Assembly (NCBI GenBank): GCA_036257875.1
Contig: DATAEV010000219.1
Coordinates: forward strand, 1 to 38,159
Source: Actinomycetota bacterium
GTDB taxonomy: Bacteria; Actinomycetota; UBA4738; HRBIN12
DNA: 38,159 bases
Direction: 5' to 3'
A program made the position numbers and the translations under genes. Shown here piece after piece: positions 18,027 to 26,311 of the stretch. Within the stretch, counting starts at the first letter, position 1, and the number at the start of each line of letters is the position of its first letter. The notes beneath the pieces were generated by a model, which saw nothing but the letters and a program-made list of their open reading frames with translations, searched no databases and was not told the DNA's origin.

Positions 18027-19412
18027 ATGGCCGACCGTCCGTCCGGCGCAACCCTCGACGTCCCCGAGCTCGCGATCGAGCTCGGCGTCCGGTTCGCCGA
18101 CGCCGGTCACCAGCTCTTCCTCGTGGGCGGCAGCGTCCGCGATCTGCTGCTGGGACGGACGGTGAGCGATCTGGACTTCGCCACGAGCGCCCACCCGACG
18201 GAGACCACGAAGGTGCTCCATGGGTGGGCCGACCGCCGCTACTTCGTCGGCGTCCGCTTCGGCACCGTGGGGGCGCTCAAGGGTGGGACGCGTTTGGAGA
18301 TCACCACGTTCCGGCAGGAAGTCTATGCCGAGCAGAACCGGAAGCCGGCGGTCACCTACGGGAACGACATCGAGACGGACCTCGGTCGACGCGATTTCAC
18401 GATCAACGCGATGGCGGTCCGCCTGCCCGGCGGCGAGCTCGTCGACCCGTACGGTGGGGTGGCGGCCTTGGGTGCGCGCGTCCTCGACACGCCGACGGAT
18501 CCCCCGGTCGCGTTCTCCGACGATCCCTTGCGGATGATCCGCGCCGCCCGGTTCGTGGCGCAGCTGGATGTCGCCCCCGCAGAGCGGATCCTCGAAGGGA
18601 TCCGCTCGATGCGCGATCGCCTCGACATCGTGGCCGTCGAACGGATGCAGGCGGAGATCGACAAGCTGCTCGTCGCCGAGCATCCGGCGAAGGGACTCTC
18701 CCTGCTGGTGGCGACCGGCCTCGCCGACCTCTTCCTTCCGGAGCTCCCGGCGCTCCAGCTCGAACAGGATCCTGTGCACCAGCACAAGGATGTGCTGCGC
18801 CACACCTACGCGGTGGTCGAGCGGTGCGAGGCGGACCTCGTGCTGCGCCTCGCCGGCCTGCTCCACGACATCGGCAAGCCGAAGACGCGCCAGATCACCC
18901 CCGAGGGAGTGAGCTTCCACCACCACGAGATCGTCGGCGCCCGGATGGCGAGGGAGCGGCTCACCGCGCTCCGGTACCCGAACGCCGTCATCGATGACGT
19001 CTGCACGTTGATCGAGCTGCATCTGCGCTTCCACGGGTACGGGGACGGGTGGACCGACGCGGCCGTCCGACGCTACGTTCGCGATGCTGGGCCGCTCCTC
19101 GACCGGCTGAACCAGCTCACGCGCGCGGACGTCACGACCCGCAACGCGGATCGGGCCCGCCGGTTCGCCGCGCTGCAGGACGAGCTCGAGGAGCGGATCG
19201 CGGCCCTCGCCGAACGGGAGAACCTCGAGGCGATCCGCCCGCCGCTCGACGGCGACCAGGTGATGGAGCACCTGGGTGTGCCGCCGGGGCCGGCCGTCGG
19301 TGAAGCGCTGGCCTACCTGTTGGATCTGCGGATGGAGCGCGGTCCGATCGCCCAGGACGAGGCGTTCCTCATGCTGGATGCCTGGGCGAAGGAGCAGGGC
19401 CTCGCCGAGTGA
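18027..19412 (+). CDS. cca: CCA tRNA nucleotidyltransferase (PcnA-type, class II NTase plus HD domain)
   Basis: LFLVGGSVRDLLLGR ... DLDFAT nucleotidyltransferase motif, RRDFTINA, and HD domain LHDIGKP. Start set at MADRPSG (18027). The 121 upstream codons of the ORF overlap the divergent gene. Confidence 0.9.
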   Translation: MADRPSGATLDVPELAIELGVRFADAGHQLFLVGGSVRDLLLGRTVSDLDFATSAHPTETTKVLHGWADRRYFVGVRFGTVGALKGGTRLEITTFRQEVYAEQNRKPAVTYGNDIETDLGRRDFTINAMAVRLPGGELVDPYGGVAALGARVLDTPTDPPVAFSDDPLRMIRAARFVAQLDVAPAERILEGIRSMRDRLDIVAVERMQAEIDKLLVAEHPAKGLSLLVATGLADLFLPELPALQLEQDPVHQHKDVLRHTYAVVERCEADLVLRLAGLLHDIGKPKTRQITPEGVSFHHHEIVGARMARERLTALRYPNAVIDDVCTLIELHLRFHGYGDGWTDAAVRRYVRDAGPLLDRLNQLTRADVTTRNADRARRFAALQDELEERIAALAERENLEAIRPPLDGDQVMEHLGVPPGPAVGEALAYLLDLRMERGPIAQDEAFLMLDAWAKEQGLAE

Positions 19413-19422
19413 CGCTGCTCGG

Positions 19423-19749
19423 CTACCAGAGCGACACGCCGACCGCGCGGCTGAGGCGGTCGAGGCTGGCTGGATCCCCCCGCCAGTGTTGCCGGATCAC
19501 CTCGGGTCCGGCGCTGTGCACGAAGTGGCGCAACACCACCGCGGCGAGCAGGGCGTCGTCCACCTGGCCGACGAACGGCACGAAATCCGGGAGCAGATCG
19601 ACCGGGGACACGATGTAGGCGACGGTACCGACGAGGAGGGCCTTGCTGCTCCGCGGCACGCGAGGATCCTTCAGGAGGTCTTTGAAGAGCAGGACGACGT
19701 TCGGGATGAGCGCAACGAGCTCCTTCGGCGAGATCATCCAGCTCCCCAT
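19423..19749 (-). CDS. DUF1232 (YkvA-family) membrane protein
   Basis: VAYIVSPVDLLPDFVPFVGQVDDALLAAVVL is the hallmark DUF1232 motif. Length 108 aa. Confidence 0.75.
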   Translation of the reverse strand: MGSWMISPKELVALIPNVVLLFKDLLKDPRVPRSSKALLVGTVAYIVSPVDLLPDFVPFVGQVDDALLAAVVLRHFVHSAGPEVIRQHWRGDPASLDRLSRAVGVSLW

Positions 19750-19778
19750 GCGCGCAGCCTACCCAGGGATCCGGTTCG

Positions 19779-20447
19779 CTAAAGACCGGTCCACCGGGAC
19801 GGGGGCCAGACCAGGAAGAACGCCTTCCCGATGATCGCGTCGCGCGGGATGAACCCGAGCCCGAACCGCGAGTCGAGCGAGTTCGAACGGTTGTCGCCCA
19901 TCACGAAGTAGGAGTCCTTCGGGACCTTCGTGCGCGGGAAATCTCGCGTCTTCTGCGTCAGGTACGGCTCGGCGATCGCGATGTCGTTCACGTACACCTT
20001 GCCGTTCTTCGCCCACACGGTGTCACCGGGCAAGCCGATCACCCGCTTGATGAAGTCCTCGTTGTCGGGTTTCTGAACCCCGACGGCTTGGAAGAGCCAG
20101 TGCGTGAACCCGCCGATCAGACCACGGTCCGGACGCTTGGCCGGGTCCGGGTCTTCGAACACGATGATGTCACCGCGCTTCGGGTCGCCGAAGTAGTAGG
20201 GGATCTTCGTCACCAGCACGCGGTCGCCGCTGCAGCCGGGGCATCCGTGAAGCGTCGGCTCCATCGATGCGCTCGGGATGTAGAACGCTTGGAAGAGGAA
20301 GGTCTTGATCAGGACGGCCAGGACGAGCGCCATGATGACGAGCCCGGGCAGCTCACCGAGGAAGCGGAGGATCGGGTTCTTGGGTCGCTCGGTCGCCTTC
20401 GCATCGGGCGCCCGCTTGAGCGCGGTGCGCTCGGCTTCGGTCTTCAC
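19779..20447 (-). CDS. lepB: Signal peptidase I (S26A)
   Basis: Catalytic Ser in IPSASMEPTL, Lys in FIKRVIGLPGD, and GDNRSNSLDSR. N-terminal TM helix. Confidence 0.9.
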   Translation of the reverse strand: MKTEAERTALKRAPDAKATERPKNPILRFLGELPGLVIMALVLAVLIKTFLFQAFYIPSASMEPTLHGCPGCSGDRVLVTKIPYYFGDPKRGDIIVFEDPDPAKRPDRGLIGGFTHWLFQAVGVQKPDNEDFIKRVIGLPGDTVWAKNGKVYVNDIAIAEPYLTQKTRDFPRTKVPKDSYFVMGDNRSNSLDSRFGLGFIPRDAIIGKAFFLVWPPSRWTGL

Positions 20448-20450
20448 GGC

Positions 20451-21536
20451 CTACAGGGTATCGGTTGGACCTCGTTCGACCATGAGATGGATCTCGACCG
20501 CCTTGAACGACGCCCAGACCATGGCCCCGGCCCCGATCGCCATCCTCGCGGCCGAGCCGCTCGTGATCTCGGCGACGAGCCGAGGCGAGCTTGCCAGCCG
20601 CACGCGAGCCCGGTCCCCCACGACCGCGACCTCCTCGACGACCCCCTGGACCACGTTGCGAGCGGACCCCTCGGGGCGCGCGGTGTGCAGCGCCACGTCG
20701 GCGGGCTTCAGGGTGGCGAGCACGTCGTCGACGGGACCGACGCGGATGCCTTCCGGCCAGGGGACGGTCACGACCCCGTCCGCGGTCTGCAGCTCGCCGG
20801 CGCCGGCCTCGAGTGGGGTGAGCCGGCCGGCGAACAGGTTCATCCCGACGAGATCCGCGGCGTACCGCGTTCGCGGTGCCTCGCGGATGTCCTGCGGCGT
20901 GCCCGTCTGGCTGACCCGGCCGTCCTCGAGGATGACGAGGCGATCCGCGAGCGTCATCGCCTCGATGGGGTCGTGGGTGACGAGCAGACGGGGCCCGTCG
21001 AAATCGCTCAGGGTCCGGCGGAGGAGCGCGCGCAGGTCGGCGCGAGCCGAGACGTCCACGGCCGAGAGCGCTTCGTCGAGGATCAGGACCCGGGGCGTCC
21101 CGGCGAGGGCGCGTGCGAGGGCGACCCGCTGGCGTTCACCGCCGGAGAGCGACCCCGGCTTCTCGCCGGGGTCGATCCCCGGCGCGAGCCGATCGAGCAA
21201 CTCGAGGGCATGGATGCGCGCGGCGCGCGGACGCGCGCCGCGCGCCCGCACCGGGAAGGCGACGTTCTCGAGCACGCTGAGATGCGGGAACAGCACGCCG
21301 TCCTGGAAGGCGATCCCGATCGGCCGGCGTTCCGGCGGCAGATCGTGGATCGGCTCGTCGTCGAGCAGGATCCGAGCGTCCGCGGTCGGGACCAGCCCGG
21401 CGATCGTTTCGACGATCGTCGTCTTGCCGGCGCCGTTCGGACCGAGGATCGCGAGGGTTTCTCGGTCGCCGGCGGCGAACGTCGCGACGACCGTCATGTC
21501 GCCGCGACGCACCTCGATCTCCGCCTCCAGCACCAT
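20451..21536 (-). CDS. modC: Molybdate ABC transporter ATP-binding protein with a C-terminal TOBE domain
   Basis: Walker A GPNGAGKTT, signature LSGGERQRVALARAL, Walker B LILDEALSAVD, and a TOBE-like tail (NVVQGVVEEV ... VWASFKA). Follows modA-modB. Confidence 0.85.
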   Translation of the reverse strand: MVLEAEIEVRRGDMTVVATFAAGDRETLAILGPNGAGKTTIVETIAGLVPTADARILLDDEPIHDLPPERRPIGIAFQDGVLFPHLSVLENVAFPVRARGARPRAARIHALELLDRLAPGIDPGEKPGSLSGGERQRVALARALAGTPRVLILDEALSAVDVSARADLRALLRRTLSDFDGPRLLVTHDPIEAMTLADRLVILEDGRVSQTGTPQDIREAPRTRYAADLVGMNLFAGRLTPLEAGAGELQTADGVVTVPWPEGIRVGPVDDVLATLKPADVALHTARPEGSARNVVQGVVEEVAVVGDRARVRLASSPRLVAEITSGSAARMAIGAGAMVWASFKAVEIHLMVERGPTDTL

Positions 21537-21545
21537 CGCCGGCCC

Positions 21546-22328
21546 TCAGCGGAGCCCCGTGAGCCGGCCGCCGAGCGCCACGAGCACCGCGATCGAGATC
21601 ACGACGAGGATCAGCGACAGCACGATCGCGCCGCCCGGGTCGACCTGGCGAGCCTCGTAGACCGCGAGCGGCATCGTCTGGGTCCGTCCGGCGAGGTTGC
21701 CGGCGAACGTGATCGTCGCCCCGAATTCCCCGAGCGCCCGGGCCCAGGTAAGGATCGCGCCCGCAGCGAGCTGCGGCCCGACCATCGGCAACGTCACGCG
21801 GCGGAACACGTACCACGGCGATCCCCCCATCGCTGCCGCCGCTCGTTCGTACCGCCGGTCAAGTCCCCGGAGGCCCGCTTCGGTCGCGAGCACGACGAGC
21901 GGCATCGACACGAACGTCGTGGCCAGTACCGCGCCGGCCGTGGTGAACGTGAGCTGGATCCCCAGCACGTCGTACAGCCACCGGCCGACCAGACCGCTCC
22001 GACCGAGGGCGACGAGCAGCCCGACCCCACCGACCACGGGCGGCAGCAGGATCGGCAGGACGACCGCCGCCCGGAGGAGGTTCCGTCCGGGGAACTCGCC
22101 CCGTGCGAGCACCCAGGCGAGGGGCACACCGATCAGGACCGAGATCGTGGTCGCCGCGAGCGAGACCTCGATCGACAACCGGAGCGCCGTCGACGCGCCG
22201 ACGCCTGAGAGCGCCTCCCCGAGCCGGCTCCAGGGTGCCCGGACGAAGAGGGCGACCACCGGGAGGAGGACGAACGCCGCGCCGACGCACGCGAGGGCCA
22301 CGATCGCGACGGGAAGCCGGGCGCGCAT
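21546..22328 (-). CDS. modB: Molybdate ABC transporter permease
   Basis: ARALGEFGATITFAGNLAGRTQTMPLAVY is the ModB/CysTW signature. 260 aa and polytopic. Confidence 0.9.
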   Translation of the reverse strand: MRARLPVAIVALACVGAAFVLLPVVALFVRAPWSRLGEALSGVGASTALRLSIEVSLAATTISVLIGVPLAWVLARGEFPGRNLLRAAVVLPILLPPVVGGVGLLVALGRSGLVGRWLYDVLGIQLTFTTAGAVLATTFVSMPLVVLATEAGLRGLDRRYERAAAAMGGSPWYVFRRVTLPMVGPQLAAGAILTWARALGEFGATITFAGNLAGRTQTMPLAVYEARQVDPGGAIVLSLILVVISIAVLVALGGRLTGLR

Positions 22329-22332
22329 CCGC

Positions 22333-23118
22333 TCAGCCGCTGGGCGGACCGAAGCCGAACGTCGCGAGCGTCGCCTGTCCGGTCGGCCCGACCACGTAGT
22401 CGAGGAACGCCTTCGCCTGGTCGGGGTACGCGTTCCCGTCCACGACCGCGATCGGGTACGTCGCGACGACGTTCACGGCGCTCGGGATCGCGACGGATCG
22501 CACCGTGTCCCCCGCGGAAGCCACGTCCGACGTGTACACGATCGCGGCGTCGGCATCGCCCGACGTGACCTTGGCGACGACGCTCGCATCGTCATCTTCG
22601 TTCGAGACCACGTTCGCCGTCGCCTGCGCGAGGATGCCGGCGCTCTTGAGCGCTTCCCGGGCGTAGTCGCCGACCGGGACGCCCTCGGCCGCCAAGACGA
22701 GCTTCACCCCCGGTCTCGTCAGATCGTTCACGGAGGTGATCCCCGCCGGGTTATCCGGGGGCGTGATGATCAGGAGCCGGTTCGTCGCGAAGTTCGTTCG
22801 GTCCGTCACCCCCGGAGCGCTCTGGAGGGTGTCCATCGCGGTGCCGCTCGCCGAGGCGAAGACGTCGGCGGTGCCTTCGCTCTGGATCTGCGGCGCGAGG
22901 TCGGTCGACGAGCCGAAGTTGAACGTCACCGTCACGTCTGGGTTCGCGGTGTGGAAGTCCTGACCGATCTGGGTGAACGCCTTCGTGAGGGAGGAGGCCG
23001 CGAACACCGTGAGAGGCGTCGCGGCCGCCGCGGGCGACGTCGACGTCGAGGAGCTCGAACAGCCAACCGAGACCGCGGCCACCGCGAACAGGACCGCAGC
23101 CCGACGCACAGCGAGCAT
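22333..23118 (-). CDS. modA: Molybdate ABC transporter substrate-binding lipoprotein
   Basis: Lipobox AVSVGC. LTVFAASSLTKAFTQIGQDF ... FNFGSSTDLAPQI ... ADVFASAS. Start MLAVRR at 23118 overlaps the regulator stop by 1 nt. The ORF-track extension to 23544 was rejected. Confidence 0.9.
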   Translation of the reverse strand: MLAVRRAAVLFAVAAVSVGCSSSSTSTSPAAAATPLTVFAASSLTKAFTQIGQDFHTANPDVTVTFNFGSSTDLAPQIQSEGTADVFASASGTAMDTLQSAPGVTDRTNFATNRLLIITPPDNPAGITSVNDLTRPGVKLVLAAEGVPVGDYAREALKSAGILAQATANVVSNEDDDASVVAKVTSGDADAAIVYTSDVASAGDTVRSVAIPSAVNVVATYPIAVVDGNAYPDQAKAFLDYVVGPTGQATLATFGFGPPSG

Positions 23119-23507
23119 CACGAGACCTCCACCATGACGCTCGTCGCTTTGACGGTCGCGACCGCTTCCATCCCCGCCTTGAGGCCCAGCTCGTCGGCGG
23201 CTTCGCGGGTGATCAGGGAGACGACGCGGTGCGGCCCGGCCTGGATCTCGACGGTCGCGGAGACCGTGTCCTTCGTTACCTTGGTGATCACTCCGGGGAA
23301 CGCGTTGCGCCGGCTCGTGTGGGCCGGGGCCGCCTGGGTCGCGCGCCGTTCGGCGAGGAGCCGGGCGACCTCCGCAGCGGGAACCTCGCGCTGACCGCCC
23401 GACGTGCGTGACGTGCGGATCTTGCCGTCGCGCTCCCAACGGCGGAGGGTCTCGATCCGAACGCCGAGGAGCCTGGCCGCCTCGCCGATCCGATAGCTTT
23501 CCGGCAT
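23118..23507 (-). CDS. MerR/excisionase-type HTH fused to a molybdopterin-binding (Mop/TOBE) domain: putative molybdate-responsive regulator
   Basis: YRIGEAARLLGVRIETLRRWERDGKI is the HTH. NAFPGVITKVTKDTVSATVEIQ ... SLITREAADELGLKAGMEAVATVKATSVMV is TOBE. It is the first gene of the modABC operon. Confidence 0.8.
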   Translation of the reverse strand: MPESYRIGEAARLLGVRIETLRRWERDGKIRTSRTSGGQREVPAAEVARLLAERRATQAAPAHTSRRNAFPGVITKVTKDTVSATVEIQAGPHRVVSLITREAADELGLKAGMEAVATVKATSVMVEVS

Positions 23508-23636
23508 CGTCGGAATATACAGCGTTCCGGCGGTCCATAGCCATGGAAAGCTAGCGATGATGTCCTCGTCGAGAACAAAGTAAACGGCCAGCGATGCTCA
23601 CCCGTCTATCGAAGTCACGGTTGGAAGCTGAGCGCG

Positions 23637-24149
23637 ATGATTCGGGCGGTGGATGGCGAACTGATCGACGAGCGTTCGGGTGAAGCCGAAGGGTCGTCCC
23701 CTTATGACCTCGACGCGTTGTTCCGTGAGGAAGGAGACGGGGTGTACCGGACGCTCTACGCGTTCTCGGGTGGTCGAGCCGATGTGGCCGAGGAAGCGAC
23801 GGCCGAGGCGTTCGCGCGCGCGGTCGCACAGGGCGACGCGCTCCGCGATCCCCTGGCGTGGATCTATCGGGTGGCGTTCAGGGTCGCGATCGACGAGCTT
23901 CGCCGGGATCGGCACCGGGCGACGCTCATCGATGCGCAGACGGCGCCGCCGGAGCTCGCGGGACTCGTAGATGCGCTTCGGAAGTTGTCGCCGAATCAGC
24001 GCGCCGCGATCGTCCTGCGACACGTCCTGGATCTCGACGTCGATGAGGTCGCGAAGCGGATGGGAGTCGCTACCCCGACGGTGCGGGTGCATCTCCACCG
24101 AGGCAGAGCGCGGCTCCGTGAGTTGCTGGGTGCCGAGGAGGTCGACTGA
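23637..24149 (+). CDS. ECF-type RNA polymerase sigma factor
   Basis: Region 2 (AEEATAEAFARA ... WIYRVAFRVAIDELRR) and region 4 (LSPNQRAAIVLRHVLDLDVDEVAKRMGVATPTVRVHLHRGR). Length 170 aa. Confidence 0.85.
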   Translation: MIRAVDGELIDERSGEAEGSSPYDLDALFREEGDGVYRTLYAFSGGRADVAEEATAEAFARAVAQGDALRDPLAWIYRVAFRVAIDELRRDRHRATLIDAQTAPPELAGLVDALRKLSPNQRAAIVLRHVLDLDVDEVAKRMGVATPTVRVHLHRGRARLRELLGAEEVD

Positions 24150-24151
24150 CG

Positions 24152-25048
24152 ATGCCGGAGCGGTGGGAACGAGAGATCGAGAAGCTCGGAACGCTGACCG
24201 CGCCGAGGTCAACACCGAGACGGGTCGCGGAGGGCCCTGGTGGCGATGGGATGCCACCGGCGCCTCGTCGAGGACAGCGGCTCGTCGCCATCGTCGTCGC
24301 GTTCGCGGTGTTCGGGGCAGCAGCCGCGTTCGCCGTGGATGCGTTCCGGCGTGAGACGCCATCGACCCCGGCCGCCGCCCCCGAACCATCGACCAGCGTG
24401 TCCACGTCGGAGGGTCCGACATCAGTCGACGCATCCCTCGAAGCCTCGCCCAACGGATCCATCCCGAGCCTGACCCTTTCCTTCGGGGGCACATCGTCGA
24501 CGTTCGCTGCCACGGACGGCGCCTGGCCGGGCGCGAACATCTCGTCTTCGCCGCCGCAGACGTTCGACGCGACGATTGATCCGGGCGCGCGGCTCGCGCT
24601 CACGACGAACGCATCGAAAGTCGAAGGCTCGCTCTGGATCGCCGATCGAGACCTGAGACCGACCGGGCAGTCCATCCCGATCGATCTCTCGTCCGGTTCC
24701 GCGTCCCTCCCCGAGCAAGCAGGCTTGTACCAGCTCACGATCGCGGGCGGCTGGTCCGGCGAGGGCAAGGTCGGCTTCAGCGTCGGTCTCACGATCGGGA
24801 CACCAACCAGCGACTGGCCTCCGCCAGTCCCAACGGCGACCGTCCCCGACGTCGTCGGTCTCACGACGGCCCAAGGGATGAAGATCCTGATGGATGCCGG
24901 CTTCGCCTCCATCTCGGTTGCGGCACCCGCCGGAGCGACGAAGGCCGAGATCACCAGCGGAGGGATCGTCACGGCGCAGGACCCCGCCGGGGGGACCGAG
25001 ACGGACGTAACCACCACGATCAAGCTGACGATCTCGACGAGCGGCTAG
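24152..25048 (+). CDS. Single-pass membrane protein with a C-terminal extracytoplasmic PASTA domain (candidate anti-sigma/sensor partner)
   Basis: 2-nt gap after the sigma gene. TM helix LVAIVVAFAVFGAAAAFAV. PASTA: VPDVVGLTTAQGMKILMDAGF ... GIVTAQDPAGGTETDVTTTIKLTIS (about 24836-25039). Confidence 0.75.
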   Translation: MPERWEREIEKLGTLTAPRSTPRRVAEGPGGDGMPPAPRRGQRLVAIVVAFAVFGAAAAFAVDAFRRETPSTPAAAPEPSTSVSTSEGPTSVDASLEASPNGSIPSLTLSFGGTSSTFAATDGAWPGANISSSPPQTFDATIDPGARLALTTNASKVEGSLWIADRDLRPTGQSIPIDLSSGSASLPEQAGLYQLTIAGGWSGEGKVGFSVGLTIGTPTSDWPPPVPTATVPDVVGLTTAQGMKILMDAGFASISVAAPAGATKAEITSGGIVTAQDPAGGTETDVTTTIKLTISTSG

Positions 25049-26019
25049 ATTGCGAATCGAACGTGCAGGATGTCGCCTTCCTGCACGCGGTAGTCCTTGC
25101 CTTCCACGCGGACCTTGCCCGCGGCTTTCGCCTGATCCATCGACCCGGCTGCGACCAGCTCCTCGTAGCCGATCACCTCCGCACGGATGAACCCTCGCTG
25201 CAGATCGGTATGGATCACTCCGGCGGCTTCCGGTGCGGTAGCGCCGTGGCGGACCTCCCACGCGCGCGTCTCGTCTTCGCCCGTCGTGAGGAACGTGATC
25301 AGGTCTAGGGCCCGGTAGCAGGCCGCGATCACGGACTCGAGCCCCGGCTCGTCGACCCCGAACTCCTCCAAGAGCGCGCGCGCTTCCGCCGGCTCCATCT
25401 CGGCGACCTCGGCCTCGATCGCGGCATAGACCCCGACGGCATCGTCGAGCTCGTCCGGTACCGACGACCCCTCCTCGAGGTTCGCGATCACGACCTCGGG
25501 CTTCAGGGTGAGCGGAGCGAACCCCCGGAGGACCGCCGCATCCTCGGGTGATAGTCCTGCCGATCGGAGCGGGGTCTCAGCGTTGAGCTCATCTGTCGCG
25601 ACGCGGAGCGCGCCGACGTCCGGCCCGGGTTTCCCCCGTGCCTTCTTCTCTGCCTTCTGGAGTGCGGCCTCGACCACCGCGAGGTCCGCCAACAACAGGT
25701 CGGCTCGCACCTCCGCGAGCTCGGATGCCGGCGACGCGCCGGCCCCGAAGCACCGCACCACGATCGCCAGCGCGTCGGCCTCGCGCAGCCGGGCGACGCC
25801 CTGCGCGCTCGAGAGACCTCCGGGGACGTCGACGAACCGCACCTGCGCGTGGACGGTCTTCGCCGATCGCTCCATCCGCGTGAGGACGTCGACCCGGGGA
25901 TCGGGAACGGGAACCACGGCGAGGTTCGCTTGGCCGGCGTGCGAGCCAGCCCGCGTGACGGCCGTGAACAGGGTCGACTTGCCGCTGACCGGCACCCCGA
26001 CGAGCCCGATGTCCTTCAT
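25045..26019 (-). CDS. ychF: YchF-like (Obg-family, DUF933 C-terminus) ATPase/GTPase, divergent P-loop
   Basis: MKDIGLVGVPVSGKSTLF is the G1 motif. C-terminal TGEDETRAWEVRHGATAPEAAGVIHTDLQRGFIRAEV ... VEGKDYRVQEGDILHVRF. Start set at 26019, not 26073. Confidence 0.8.
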   Translation of the reverse strand: MKDIGLVGVPVSGKSTLFTAVTRAGSHAGQANLAVVPVPDPRVDVLTRMERSAKTVHAQVRFVDVPGGLSSAQGVARLREADALAIVVRCFGAGASPASELAEVRADLLLADLAVVEAALQKAEKKARGKPGPDVGALRVATDELNAETPLRSAGLSPEDAAVLRGFAPLTLKPEVVIANLEEGSSVPDELDDAVGVYAAIEAEVAEMEPAEARALLEEFGVDEPGLESVIAACYRALDLITFLTTGEDETRAWEVRHGATAPEAAGVIHTDLQRGFIRAEVIGYEELVAAGSMDQAKAAGKVRVEGKDYRVQEGDILHVRFAI

Positions 26020-26182
26020 CCCGCCGCCCCCACGATGGGGACGGTGACCGATCCGTGCGCTGATGACCTGCACCGCACGCCGTTGGTCTGCCTCGGGAAT
26101 CCGTCCAACAGTCCCAACGAACCGACTTCCGGCCCCTGCGCCGCGGTCCGAGACCGTGCCGATGTAGCTGCCAGAGACCGGT

Positions 26183-26216
26183 CTGGCCGGGGCGCCGCCA
26201 GACCCGCCCCGGCCGG
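26183..26216 (-). other. GC-rich stem-loop (core 9-bp stem GCCGGGGCG/CGCCCCGGC, 10-nt loop) in the sodN-ychF intergenic region
   Basis: The inverted repeat was read directly. It is the second strong hairpin of the sodN 3' region. Confidence 0.35.
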
Positions 26217-26269
26217 CGGTCTCGTTCGTGTCGAAGTGGTACGGGGGGTGTCCCCGGGGGGCGCATCGT

Positions 26270-26305
26270 GCGGGCGGGCGAGGACCGACGGCCTCGCCCG
26301 CCCGC
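26270..26305 (-). terminator. Perfect 14-bp GC stem (GCGGGCGGGCGAGG/CCTCGCCCGCCCGC), 8-nt loop, 6 nt downstream of the sodN stop
   Basis: The inverted repeat was read directly. It lies immediately after the stop at 26312-26314. There is no U-tract, which is common in Actinobacteria. Confidence 0.55.
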
Positions 26306-26311
26306 GCACGT

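Noticed and set aside
17991-19271. Upstream two-thirds of the 555-aa minus-strand ORF 17604..19271
   Set aside because: It is antisense to the well-supported cca gene. Only the last 128 codons (17604-17990), which lie outside cca, look like a real gene.
20088-22208. 706-aa plus-strand ORF
   Set aside because: It is antisense to lepB, modC and modB, which carry clear catalytic and ABC signatures. Its composition is typical of an off-frame GC-rich translation.
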